NCBI RefSeq assembly: GCF_006345805.1
Contig: NC_043015.1
Coordinates: 14,756,001 to 14,820,000, forward strand
Source: Octopus sinensis
Lineage: Eukaryota
Length of the DNA stretch: 64,000 nt
Direction of reading: 5' to 3'
Each line of letters opens with the position of its first letter. Within the stretch, counting starts at the first letter, position 1. A program made the position numbers and the translations under genes. This document shows positions 12,952-26,229 of the stretch, one piece after another. A model generated the notes under the pieces. The model made no database searches. It worked only from the letters and a program-made list of their open reading frames with translations, and was not told the DNA's origin.

Positions 12952-13438
12952 TGCCTGTACATATAATATATAAATGTATGAACATGTAATTATTGGATAT
13001 TTTGTACTTTTATATATAAACATACATAAATATTTGCTATTGGTGTTTGCACATGCAGATGTATCATTTATAGATTGTATCTATTTAGAAACATTTTCAT
13101 TTTTTATAAACAATCATTTTGATTTAAATAGGTATCTATTTACTCTATTTATTGCATACTATTCATTCAGTGTTTGCTTCAGTTATCTATAAATATATTT
13201 ACATATTTATTATATCAGTAAATGTGTATACAGCTTTAGATATTGATTATAATGTAGTTTCCTTATGTGTATATAATTTACATAACATGAAATGGTGTTG
13301 TTTAATTATATTGTCTACCTCTAATTTTTTGGCGTCATGTATTATGGAGAAAATATTTTGGTTGTTGTAAATCAAATTTTTGCTGTATGCTAGATTTCAG
13401 AAATATTGTAAAATTATTCAACTGTGTTTACAAACAGG

Positions 13439-13502
<64 letters not shown>

Positions 13503-13764
13503 TTCTTGCATGGCTATGTGGTTAAGAAACTCAAATCACATGATTTCAGATTCAGTTCCATTGTGTGGTGCCTTGGTCAAGTGTCTTCCATTATAGCCTC
13601 AGAATGATCAGTGCCTTGTGAGTGAATTTGGTTGGCGGAAACTGTGTGGAAACAGTGCATATGTGTCTGTATGTATGCACGCGCACATGTGTGTGTATGT
13701 CTTTGTGTTTGTATATGTATCCCCACCACCACTACCACCACCATCACCACTTGAAAACCAATTT

Positions 13765-15600
13765 CAATTTCCTTCCACTTGGCCTTCTTGAAATTCAAGT
13801 TCATGAAGGGTGAGTCATATTGCCTTCTTTGGATCATATACAAATAACTGTATAATGTAGTAGTCGGAAATGGTAATTGGAGTGCTCTGAGCATTATGAC
13901 TGAAGTCTGTATTTGGTGCTAAAGACTAGGGTGAGTATGTTATTTCCCCTAGTTGGATGGATAATGATTTCTTCCATGAGAAAATCTTTAGTGTTTCATA
14001 TCCCTCCTGTTCAGTTTTTCAGTTCCATGTTGCATATAGCCCTCAGGCCAGCTGAGAGTAGGAAAATTAAAGTCCCTGTTAAATACTAAATCACACTTAA
14101 TAGCTTCTACACATGTAACCCAGAATCCTACACTGTGGGATAGCCCTACCTAGAGTTTGACTTATGAGTGACAAAGCCTCTCTAAAGTGATCTCCATGGT
14201 TTTCTGCATCAGGAAGATGCCTATGATATGATTGAAGTCAATCATGTGCATTATTAGTGTGTCACACACTGTATTGGAGTGAGAGAAGAGGACATTTGTT
14301 GTCAGATCTTCACAGAGGAAGAGCACTGCTCTTCTTTGTTTCCATATTCTGTGGTCAGTTCTGTGTAGTACATAACCTGACATATGTAGTTCTGCATCCA
14401 ATATGTCTGGAATCAGGGGTCTTTCACCTAGTACTACACATAGTGTCTTTTCTTTTTGTGCAAGGTTTCTAAGATGTGATATTTTTGTTTGATTTGTGAA
14501 GTATGAGAGACATTGTACATTCAGCATTATTATTTAGCTGAGTTTGTAAGTTAATGACAGCAATGGTGTGTGATTGTGCACTATGGTGATAGCAGTGATT
14601 AGTGTACTGTAAGAGCTAAAAAAAAAACTTTTTCTTTGATGTCTTTTTCCAGATTCATTATGGCTAAAAAAGAATTTTCTTATTTTGGGAGTGGTTGTTG
14701 TCTGGAGTTGTTATAGTTATACTGTTGAATATGGTTATAGTTATATGGTTTGTGGCTGTTGATTTTTCTATTGTATCCAGTGGATATCTGGGTGACTTCT
14801 GGGTTTTGGTGAAAGTTTGAACCAACCCTGCCACTGTAAGGGATGTTTCTCCTGCAGATCTGGTGGTAGCTTGGAGTCATGCTTTTAATAGTGTGTTGAA
14901 TCCTGGAAGATGAGTGAAGGGAGAGTTGTGCTTCAGACATAATATTTCTCATTAGGAAAAGTGACTGATTTTAGGATTCTGGGTTACACATGTAGAAGCT
15001 ATTAAGTGTGGTTTAATATTTAATGGTGGTGGTGGTGGTGTAAGATGTATACTTTGGCTTATGTTGCTTGTATAAATTGTGCATCTTGTCCCAAGTAAAT
15101 GGGTGAAATTGCAGTCGATGCATATGTAGTCTCTTGTGTTGAGAATAGTGGCATATTTTTGAGTTCTGTGTGTTCATAAATTTTGCCTTACTTTGCTTTA
15201 TTTAGTTGCCAAGTTTATAATGGAGGTTTGAGGTACACATTCAGATTGAAGTGGATAGTGGCGGGAAGAAAGGAATGATTTTTCACTAATTAGAGTAGTA
15301 GTAATGGTAATGGCATTAGAATAGGATGATGATGCTAATGATGAATCTCTTGCGTTATTTTGAGAGAGTGAAGAATTTGAGTGGTCTAACTGTGGAGAAT
15401 AGCTAGGGACTGTGTTGTCAACTGTTCTAGTATTGAGGAATGACTGGGGCTGTTCATCTTGTTGTTTAGTTGTGGTAAGGGCAGCGGCAGGAGAACACGA
15501 TGGCAACAATGATGATTGGTCAGTTATGGTATTCAGAGGAAATGAGGAATGTGGATAGCTGGACTGTGAAGTGCTGTTGATTGTATTTTGTATATACATT
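13765..15600 (-). mobile_element. CR1-like LINE, 5' half (ORF1 remnant plus AP endonuclease), decayed
   Basis: CLSYFTNQ...PDILDAELHMSGYVLHRTD..RKQRRAVLFLCEDL matches CR1 APE motifs; low-complexity ORF1-like frames upstream. Confidence 0.65.
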
Positions 15601-15628
15601 GATTATATATATATATGCATATATATAT

Positions 15629-17796
15629 TAGGGCAGCGGAATTTAAAGATTAATTAATTGATTAATCGTTAATTTATTTTAATGATTAATTTTTTATTAA
15701 TCGGTTTCAAGTTTAATTTTCTACCCATCATTAGTAAATGTGCTGGAAGTTGGGAAGCAATAGTTACAACAGTAAAACGGCAGTGGTGAAGAATCGAGTT
15801 ATGAAATATAAACCTATATCAGGTCGATTACATGAATATTTTGGATTAATATTGTTGGCTGACGGTAATATCAAAACTGCTGATAATGTTTATTGCATCC
15901 ATTGTGACAAATCATTCACATACCATGGATCTAGCACATCGCTTACTTACCACCTTGAAAACAAACACTCGTTAAAGTATTCAAAACCTCAGCTCGCAAT
16001 ATCACCTTCATTCAGTTAGTATACAGTGGCAGTGTCATCTATCTCCAAGCAGACTACTTTGAGTGAGTTTTATCGTCGTCTGATCATCTACTTCCAAGCA
16101 GACTACTTTGAGTGAGTTTTATTGTCGTCTGTAGGGTGAATGCTACCCTACAACGTGACATTAAAATATCACTTGCAAACTGGATAGCTAATAATGGTAG
16201 ACTAATATCGGTAGTATTGCGTACAGTGCTTCAAATTACCGAATATAAATTACCTTGCCAGTGCACTATTAATAAAATGTTTGCTGATATTTATAAAAGC
16301 AGAAGAGAAAGTGTTTTAGAAGCAGTGAAAAGTTCAAAGGCAATTGCGCTAACATCTGATTTTTGGACATCTCTAGGTAATGAAAGTTATTGCGGAATCA
16401 CCAGCCATCAGATTGCTGATGATTGGAATTTAATAAGTGTTATTCTTGAATGTGTGCATGTTGTTGAACATCATTATTCCAACAATGTTGCTGAGTTATA
16501 TAAACAATTTGTAAAAGACTGGGATACAACAAAGAAGATTTAGGTTCTAGTAACAGATAATGCACAAAATTTGGTTTCAGCTGTTAATCAAAGTGGTTTT
16601 GATCATATTCCATTTTTAGCTCATAGACTGCAGTTGAGCATATTGCTTGGGTTTAAGGCCAGAAACATTGTTTGTTAAATGTCGAAAAACCATAGGACAT
16701 TTTAAACATAGCCCTATCCACACAACTGAATTGCAGAATTGTAGTGATTAACCATTTCGTAAGATGTTCCAACAAGATGTAACAGTACTTTTCTAATACT
16801 GAAGAGTCTGCTGCAGGCCAGAGAAGCAATAACCATCTACATGTCAGATGAAGAGAAGCAATATAAAGGTCCCCAACTGTTCGATTCTGATTGGGAAAAG
16901 ATTTCAAAATACGTCAACTTGACTTATTCTGTCAGGCTACGGTCCTGCTTGGCGGTGAAAAATATGTGTTGTGTAGCTGTGTATTGCCACTGTTAATGTC
17001 TTTGACAAAACACATGACTGTAAATGATGATGATCTAGGCTATATAGTCAGATTTCAGGCAGCATCTATTAATGACTTCTGCAAATGTGTAGCTGACATG
17101 AAAAGTATTGAAATATTACAGATTGCAACAACACTTGATCCACGATGTAAAAATTTGAAGTGTTTATCAGATGATTCAAAAGAACAAACTTGGCTACTTA
17201 TTGGACAACAAATGGCAGCTGATGTTAATGATGATCGGTTGAAGACAAATGCACAAGATGATACTGACAGTGTCAGTAAAACTATATGCAAATTGAATGA
17301 AAAACATATTAAGCTGAGGGAGTCTGACTCAGACTTAGAAGAGGGTGTGAAAACGCTTCTGATGAAGTACAGTGATATAAAATGGAGAACAAGTTGCTGA
17401 ATCAGTTGATCCACTACAATGGTGGAAATTTAATGAACATCGATATCCGAAATTGGCATTTTTTGCCAAGACTCTTCTGTGCATACCAGCTTTATTGGTT
17501 CCATGTGAACGATTATTTAGCTCTGCTGGTTACATTGTTAACAAGATGCGCTCATCACTTGAACCAAATACTGTTAACATGTTTGCATGTTTGCGTAACT
17601 GGTTATCCAACAACATTTGAGTAAGAAAACGCTTATGTTATTTCTTGTTTTTAACTGAATTCTAATTGAAATATCATAAACTTGTCAATAAATGCAACTG
17701 CAGACATTTTTGTGTTTTAATCGAAATTAACTATTAATTAATTGTTAATTTCTCAAAAGTTGATAATTAAAATTAAATTAATCGTTATCAGCCCTA
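15629..17796 (+). mobile_element. Full-length decayed hAT (Ac/ZBED1-like) DNA transposon
   Basis: Termini TAGGGC...GCCCTA with gattaatc subterminal repeats; imperfect 8-bp TSD atatatat/atatattg. BED finger YCIHCDKSFTYHGSSTSLTYHLENKH, ALTSDFWTS, and C-terminal CIPAxxVPCERLFSSAGYIVNKMRSSL. Multiple stops and frameshifts. Confidence 0.92.
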
Positions 17797-17801
17797 ATAT
17801 A

Positions 17802-18130
17802 TTGGGCAAATGTCTTCTACTCTAGCCTCGGGCCGACCAAAGCCTTGTGAGTGGATTTGGTAGACGGAAACTGAAAGAAGCCCGTCGTATATATGTATAT
17901 ATATATATGTATGTGTGTGTATATATTTGTGTGTCTGTGTTTGTCCCCCCAACATCGCTTGACAACCGATGCTGGTGTGTTTACGTCCCTGTAACTTAGC
18001 GGTTTGGCAAAAGATACTGATAGAATAAGTACTCGGCTTACAAAGAATAAGTTCTGGGGGGTCGATTTGCTTGACTAAAGGCAGTGCTCCAGCATGGCCG
18101 CAGTCAAATGACTGAAACAAATAAAAGAAT
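17802..18130 (+). mobile_element. tRNA-derived SINE, family A (5'-truncated)
   Basis: Begins at ttgggcaaatgtcttctac and ends at the gactgaaacaaataaaagaa tail. Confidence 0.85.
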
Positions 18131-18475
18131 AAAATAGTAAAGAGTATATGCATATATCTATGTGTGTGTGTGTAGATGCATACACATATATATATATATA
18201 TGTATGTACACACACATAAGCATAAAAGTTAGTCAGTTTGCTTTGAAATGTTATCTTCTCTCAAAGAATCTTTAATAAATTTGGCATGAATGTCCTGGTG
18301 TATCATAAAATAATCCATACAGTAAAAAATCTCAGTTTCAAGGTCTCCTTGGGATAGAATTTTGAGAAGTCAAGAAAGAAGTTCTCATGAAACTGCAACG
18401 ACTGGAAAAATAAAAATTTAGAAGTTGAGTAGGGTGTACAGCAACATTCTTAAATATACCAGGTTTTAGAATATA

Positions 18476-19708
18476 TTGGGTCTTCCCATAAATAATGCAG
18501 TTTTTCCAATTGCATGATCTAAAAGTTGGAAGGGGACAGGATAAACTACCTGCATCAACTTGCCATAAAAGCAGGTAGTAATTTTACATTGTACTTATTC
18601 TTAGCATGCAAATTTTGAAGGTTGCAGTTTGATCTTCACAGTTATTTTCTTCAAAGCTGTAATGGAAGTGACAACGGAACATATTCAGCATATTTTGCTT
18701 TATGAGTTCAGTAAAGGCAACAAAACACTGGAAAGTGTGAGGAATATTATTGCAGTATATGTGGATTGGACAATAAGCATAAGCCAGTGTCAGCAGTGGT
18801 TCTAGAAATTCTGAACCAGAAACTACAGCTAGAGGAAGATCTGTAGAGCTTGAAGAGGACATCCTGCAAACCCTGGTGGAACAAAATCCTATCATAACTG
18901 TTGAGGAACTAGCAGAGAAGCTTGGATTTGGTCATTCGCCCATTCATCAACACCTGTGTGCCATCAGAAAAGTCAGCAAATTGTGCCAGTGGGTTCTTCA
19001 CTAACTTTCTGAGTCTAATCATGTGCAGAGAGTGACTGTTTGCTGTCATGTCTCATGAATGAACCTTTTTGGGAGTGAATAATGACTGGTGATGAGAGAT
19101 GGGTTCTCTATAAAAATATCAAGTGCTGAAGATAGCAGGTAGGGAAAAGAGAAACACCAGCACCCTAGTCTAAAGAAGGTCTTCACCCACTTAAGGTGTT
19201 GTTATCTGTTTGGTGGGATATGAAAGGTTTAGTTCACTTTAAACTTTCAAACCCAAACCAAATCACAACAAAGGTGATCTACTGTGAGCAGTTTAAGCAG
19301 CTTAAGTCATTGCCAGAAGAAGAACGATCATCTTTGGTTTCAAGACGTAAGATGTACTTCTATCAGGATAATGTTTGGCTACATACAGCAAAGATGACAT
19401 TCCAAAGACTGGAATAGTTTGAATGGGAAATGATACCCAACCCATTATATTGTTGGACATTGCACCATCTGATTATCATTTATTCCGCAGTCTTCAAAAT
19501 CATTTGGACAGAAAAATATGAATTCTGTAAACAAGGCTAGAAGAGTATTTTTTATGACGGACAAGTGAATTTTGGAAGAGGGCCTTGCAAGTCTACCAGA
19601 TAGAATGAAGAGCATTGTAGGAATGAAGGAGAGTATATTTTAGATTAAAAAAGAACTTTTATCTTAATTTTGAAAATTAAAACCTGCATTATTAATGAGA
19701 TGACCCAA
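18476..19708 (+). mobile_element. Full-length decayed mariner transposon
   Basis: TIRs ttgggtcttcccataaataatgcag and ctgcattattaatgagatgacccaa, TA TSD. Transposase starts MEVTTEHIQHILLYEF (18662) and has WVLH and DIAPSDYHLFRSLQNHL motifs; interrupted. Confidence 0.92.
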
Positions 19709-19991
19709 TATATAATTTCTTTTGTTCTTATATTGGTATCAGTAAATGGATTGCTGCCTCAAAGCATTTAGTCAGTAATGTCAAATGCAGTATTTATATT
19801 TTTAAGTCTGATTATTTCTTTTTTTTTTTTATTGAAATCTATTTGTTCAACTGCAGAGTTGTAGGACAAACAACACCAGTTTTTAAGCAATGTCAGTATA
19901 AAGATAAACATAGAAACTGATACACATGCATGCTTTCATGCAAGAATGTGCAGATGCATGCATGTACACATGTATGGATGCATATGTGCAT

Positions 19992-20051
<60 letters not shown>

Positions 20052-20259
20052 GTAATGGCTTCCGCACAATTTTTGTCTGTCAAATTTCATTCACAAGACA
20101 CTGGTCAGTCTGGGGCTTCTAGAAGACACATGCCCAACATGGTACATTGGCTGACCAAACTCAAAACATGATTGTCTCGAGAAGGTCTTAGTCACAAAGA
20201 GATGCCCTGGTAAGGATTCAAATTTCATAGCAGCTGATTTGATGTACAATCTCAGAAAT

Positions 20260-20510
20260 AATATTTATCCCCACTTAAGTGTGGATGTTCTATTAGAACA
20301 AACTATACTGCAGTAGATACCATGAGAGGAACACTCATATTGGCTTTTGGCATAAAATAAACTCTTGTTTATATCTTGATTTATCTCCCCACTATTGATA
20401 TAAACAAGGGTACATTATGCACCAAAAGCCAATATGAGTTTCTTTCAGGGTAACCACTACAGTAAATTTTGTTCTAACAGAACACCTACGTTTAAGTGGG
20501 GATAAATATT
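20260..20510. repeat. Inverted pair (~95-bp arms) of the 4761/5117 repeat family
   Basis: 20260-20355 is the reverse complement of 20415-20510 with scattered mismatches. Confidence 0.75.
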
Positions 20511-20604
20511 ACCTCTCAGTAATGATATTGCCTCTGTCATTAATATATAATCTTAGAAATGGGTAACTTGGAGTAGCAATGAAGTGGAGCTTTAGCTTCC
20601 AATA

Positions 20605-20644
<40 letters not shown>

Positions 20645-22725
20645 CAGCTCTGTGGTTACACTTCCACTGCAGCATTAACACACCAATATAATAGGGAATA
20701 TATGTATATATATATATATATAAATATTCCCTATATATATATAAATATTCCCTATTATATAAAAAAAAAAACTCTTCTAATATTTGACATAACACTATTT
20801 GATGGTTTGTCCTAAAAATTTTAATTGTAATATGTGAAAATCTTTCACATTTGTATTCTACCTGTTTTCAACTTTGTCACTGGTCATGTATCTCCATCTT
20901 TACTTATTTCTTACTCTTCCAAAACATCAGGTAACTCAATCTCTTTGCCTAACAGTTCTATTGGATTCTTTCCTTCCTGAAAAAAAACAAAAAAAAAACA
21001 AGAAAAAAATGCCTTTCTTGTGAACTACATAAGAAAATTTCACTGGTAGCATCTGCTGTGTGATATTTTTTTCTTTTTTCAGATTCACAATTGTGTATCG
21101 CTTTTCAGTCAATCAGCAGCAGAGATAACGTTCATATCTTTATCCTGAAGAATAGCGTGTAAAAAGGTAGTATTCTGGGGAGAGAAAAAAAAACTGTTGC
21201 ATTCTAGCTAATCGCTGCGCTGAAGTCAACAATATTTATAAGTCTGATATAAAGTGGTTAGAAGTGTTTTATGTAACTATTGCCTCACTGAAATTTGATT
21301 GCTTATGTACATTTTAAGCAACCACTACACCATTGCAGATGTGTTTCTCTTCTATGGTTGTAAAATCAATATATTTTATCTGTAGAGTATGTAGATCATA
21401 TTCATTTTGCAGAGTGCTTGATATGTCTAGGCTACTCAATTTCTTTCATATATCTTTGTAACTATTTTACTTTAAGTTTAATCAGTGGTTAACAAATAAT
21501 ATAATCTATTTATTTAATAAAAAAATTGAAAAGCACAATATTATGCACCAAATCATGTTTGAAACTTGTATATACTATGCATATTTTGAGCTTAGACATA
21601 AGTAGTTTACTTAATTCAAAAATCAGTGACCCAGTAGATGAAAGTGTTAATCCTTAGTTTAGAAATAAAGATTCCCAGTTTGTAAGTTCATCTGGTACTA
21701 AATATACTCCTAGGAATAAAGTACTTGACTATTGGGAATCAAATTAATAAAAAATGCATATTAAGACACTTTTCGTCTCCAAAGATGGGGTTAATAATCT
21801 GAAAATTTATAAGCTTATTAACAACTTATCTTAGATGTTCAATTAGTTAATCATCTGATATATTTGTTACTTTTGATTTGTTATGTGAAGGGGTTTGATT
21901 TTAACTTAAAGTTTTCATGAGTACTATTGGCTTAGGAACATGCAATAGATGATGATGTATTCAGTGAACTGAGCTGGCTTCTTTAGGATATAATATTTTA
22001 GCAAATCTAATTTATTTTCTCACTATGTTACCAAACAGATTTAATACCTTCCCGTCTAACATGAAACTATTATTCATTTTTTTTCATTGACAGGGGAGAG
22101 GGTGAATTGATGAATACATCTGAAGTTTTTAATAATTTTCAGAGTTCCTTTTTTGTTTAGTTTGCTGAGTGCATGTTTGTGAATTAGTTTACATGAAAAG
22201 ATGTATTACACTTTGATGCAAAAGATTATGCACCAAAGGAAATAGAATTTTGAAATAGCGATGCCTATTACTCTAAAATATAGGCAAAAAAAATATTGAT
22301 ATTCCAGAAATGGCTGTGCTGGGAAGAGAGAAAAGTAAAGAGAAAGACAAAGAGGGAAAAATTGTAAGATTCTCTTTGTCCAGCCAACAGCTTTTAAAGT
22401 AAAGAATCACATAAAATTGTCTAATATTGATACCACTGTAAGTTGTAGCTACTCATATTTTGACCAATGAGCATGTTTTCCAGCAGAGGGAAAATATGAT
22501 GACATTTCTCTTACAAAAAGTCCATCTTGGAAGAAATGGTATTCAGCTTATTACAGATTAAAAAAGGTCATAGTTCTAATCGGTTCATTTTAATCTGTTC
22601 CAGTGACCACAGCTGTCTTGATTCTGACTTACATGCATCTCCATTCAAATTCCTTTCCATTTTGAGTTGATATCCTCTCAGTGTTGACATCATGTCATTA
22701 AGAGATGTAGTAGGTCTAACATAGT

Positions 22726-23065
22726 GAAGGCACATGGCTCAATGCTTAGAGTGTCAGACTCAATCATGAAGTAGTGAGTTCAATTCCTGGACCGAGCTAT
22801 GTATCGTGTTCTTGAGCAAGACCCTTTATTTCATGTTACTCCAGTTTGCTCAGCTGTAAAATGAGTTGTGACATCATCGGTGCCAAGCTGTGTTGGCCTT
22901 TGCCTTTCCCTTGAATAACATTGGTGGTATGGAGTGGGGAAGCTGGTATGCATGGGTGACTGCTGGTCTTTCATAAACAACCTTGCTCAGACTTGTGTCT
23001 CAGAGGGGAACTTTCAAGGTGCAATTTCATGGTCATTCATGACTGAAGGGTGGGGGGTCTTTTAA
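22726..23065 (+). mobile_element. tRNA-derived SINE, family C (CORE-like central domain)
   Basis: tRNA head, then gtgttcttgagcaagac.ctttatttca...ctcagctgt; related copy at ~30405-30690. Confidence 0.7.
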
Positions 23066-23889
23066 GTCTAACATATCACACCTCAAGTGTCTTGTATCAG
23101 AGTTCACATTACTGCAATCATTTGAACTAGAACATTTTTTCCAACAAATATTGACCTGTAGATGACATTAGAGACCTTGACATTAGCCACATCAATCTTA
23201 CCCCCCTTAGAGAGCCTGCAAAGATCATGGATACTGATCCTCTACCTCCTTTAGATAAATCAAAAAAAAAAAAAGACAAAATTTGTTTAGTCTACTGCAG
23301 GTATTTCATTTGGGAAAATGCCTATGTGTCTACTTTATCTCAGTAAACCTGATTGCTAAGAATAGGTGCCACATCAGTAGGAAATGTTATCTGTGATAGA
23401 ATAACTTTCTACTCAAGGAGTGTATTTATTTGTCATTTTCTTAATACTTAGATCTTAGTGGTGGCCCTTAAGGTCTTCAAAGCTTAAGAGGATTTTTAAG
23501 GAGCTAATTTTTTCAGTAATAACAAGTTAATGTAAAAAATATGGCTATATTGCAGAAAATTCTTACTTTAAACTGTAAAAATGATAATAATGCCTGTATT
23601 TCCTTTCTGAAGTCAACATGCATGTTTATTCTCAAATGCTTTGCAATTGTCACAAAATTGAATTACATATAAATATTTGTGCATTTGCCTTGATAATAAC
23701 ATTTTCAGGAGATTTATGCTTTATATTCCTGGAATATGTAGATAATGATATTTATTCTTTTGTATTCCTGGATGACTGGATTTGAATGAGAATCCTTTAT
23801 TTCTAAGCTAAAACATGACATTCTTAGCCATTATCATATTCTTATCACTGAGACATCTGTCTTTTTTTTTTCTGAAGCATCACCATCCT

Positions 23890-24250
23890 AAAGGGACCTA
23901 GATTTTCTTTCCATATCACACACTGCTTCACCTGCATCTTCAAAAAATGTCATTTGCTGCATTAGATGCCAACTCCATGGCATAGTGTGTATAAGCAAAA
24001 AGGGGTGGTCAGAAGGTGGTTGATTCTTTTAGAGAACATTTGTTGGTCATCCAACACAAGAACACTGGATCATCAAAACCCGTCAACCACCACTTTAGTT
24101 CTCTAGATCACTCTGTACTGTTTTTTGCTATGGCATTATGCAACATCATGGATCTCTCATTTCCTCAGCTTTGTAATGAACACCAGTTTATTTCTGCTTT
24201 AATTCTGCTGTTCCTGCCACTATCAGTAACTGAATTGCTTTCCTCCTAAC
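23890..24250 (+). mobile_element. Penelope-like element GIY-YIG endonuclease fragment
   Basis: GPRFSFHITHCFTCIF.NVICCIRC and FREHLLVIQHKNTGSSKPVNHHF match the PLE endonuclease (FTCxSxNVIYCIxC...RFREH...KPVAxHF). Confidence 0.75.
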
Positions 24251-26229
24251 ATTCCCATCTAATGGTAAACACTTACACCTCACTCTGCTCAGATGTACTT
24301 CTGCCCTCCTCTGAAAAAAACACAGTAAGTCAAAAAACAAGAAACTGAGATAATTGTAAAAAAAAAAAACTGAAAAATTATTCTAATTTTTTCAACTTAC
24401 CAAGATTATACCTCTAGTATGTATGAGGCATGGTCCAAGGAATTCAAATATCCATTCTCCAATATAATACAGTAAGTCAACTTACTATGTGTTGTTGATG
24501 GACAGCTGAATTCACTGACTCTTTTTCTACCCACACATCCACCACACACCCATTCCTACTTATTATCGAGTCTTACACCTACTACCCACACAATATCACA
24601 CCTTACACAGACAACCTCGTTAACACTCTTGGTTCTCTATTTACTCCCTCTGCACATACATACATCTACTATGTTTCACTTTACTATTTTCTCCCACACT
24701 GTTTTTCCCTTACTGTATGTTCTTTCTTTACTACTGACAAAACACCTTACTCTCTGTCTGCTTTTACAGTATATATCTCTAAAATAATTTTGTTGTTTCT
24801 GTTGAGAATCATACTGCCTTAATGCCTAACACACTCCAATTTCCACTCATTTATTATTTATATTTTTTTCCCAAAATTTTTGTTGCTTTTGCAACCTTAG
24901 CTTTTTCTTCTTTCCCATTTATTTTTTTATCTGTTCTTCTTCTTTTTATTTTAACAAAGGCCAAATCTCCAAATGAGTATGGTTTATTATCCTTTCCTTT
25001 CCTCCACAGCATTTAACATTGACTTTGTACACTTGTTCATGTTATATTTTTTTTCTTGTTCTAGCAGCCTTCTAATTACAAATTTTATTATCCTTATTTC
25101 AGAAATAGAGGTTCTTAGTTCAAAATCAGTCTGAGACTATGTACACATCCAGAAATAAAACTGTTTATGATAATCAGAGATCAAACCAATAAATGACGTT
25201 AATAGTCTGAGAAATTATTATCTTACAAATAACAACTCCTCTCAGACATGCAGATGGCTGTTTATTGTTATTTTAGTCATAGCAATATCAAACAGATTAT
25301 ATTGCAATTGGTGTTAGTCCAAAGTAGAAAGGACAATGCATTGTATAGTTAAATATTCATATATATATTTCCATTGTCTTATCATATGCAGCAACCTATA
25401 TCTGGGAAACAGACATAGGTTATACATGTGATATGCAACATGGGTGGCACAAGAATTGAAAATCTTTTGTCTATGATGTCTGTGTTAAATATTTTATATC
25501 ATTAGTTTTAACAAGTCATTGTAAAATTTCTGCTTAAAACCAGTTTATACAAAATACTGGATATCATGACTATGTATAGACTTCTTGCTTTCTTTTTTCG
25601 TGTATACAAAATCAGCAGCATTGAATACCGTATTGCAATGGATGACACTGAGGGAAATTAAAATAAAGAAAAACCAAAAACAAACATGACAAGGCAATCC
25701 TGAGAAGACTTACATGACATTGACATGGCAAAAAGCTGAAAAGAAAGCTGATAATTGTTTGTACTGTAAACAACTTGATGCTTGATTTAAACAGCTGTAT
25801 AGGAGAATTAAATGCTAATCTTAATGATTTCCCTAAAGCTACTACTCAATTGTAAAGTATAGAAGATACTTGCATTTTTAAAAGACAGACTGTAATGAAA
25901 TTTTAACCCTCAACTTTTAACTAGTCAGTTATTCTGTTCTTGTTATAAATAATTTGTCTGTAATTCTAGTTTCTATAGCATTATGCATATGAGTTCTTTA
26001 TTTGTCTTTTTATTGCATTTAAATTTCCTAGAAAGACATGATATCTAAATGTCTATTGTTTACTAAAAATGTACCATGCACAAGTAGTCTATTGTATAGA
26101 AATATTATTACTGTTATCTTAGAAATAAAAGATCTGAACTTCAGTCCAGTCTTGTACTATATATGTTATCCAGGATAACAATCAGAAATCAAATTGACTA
26201 AAGTGTAGTGTAAATCTTGTAGTTATTTT

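Noticed and set aside
9055-21128. A 113-aa gene starting at ATG 9055 and using 12516-12775 and 21083-21128
   Set aside because: Phase-compatible but resembles nothing I know, whereas the 9036-9090 to 49845 join gives a recognisable GPCR motif.
21109-21174. Minus-strand terminal exon NTTFLHAILQDKDMNVISAAD*
   Set aside because: Strong acceptor only; no convincing upstream partner.
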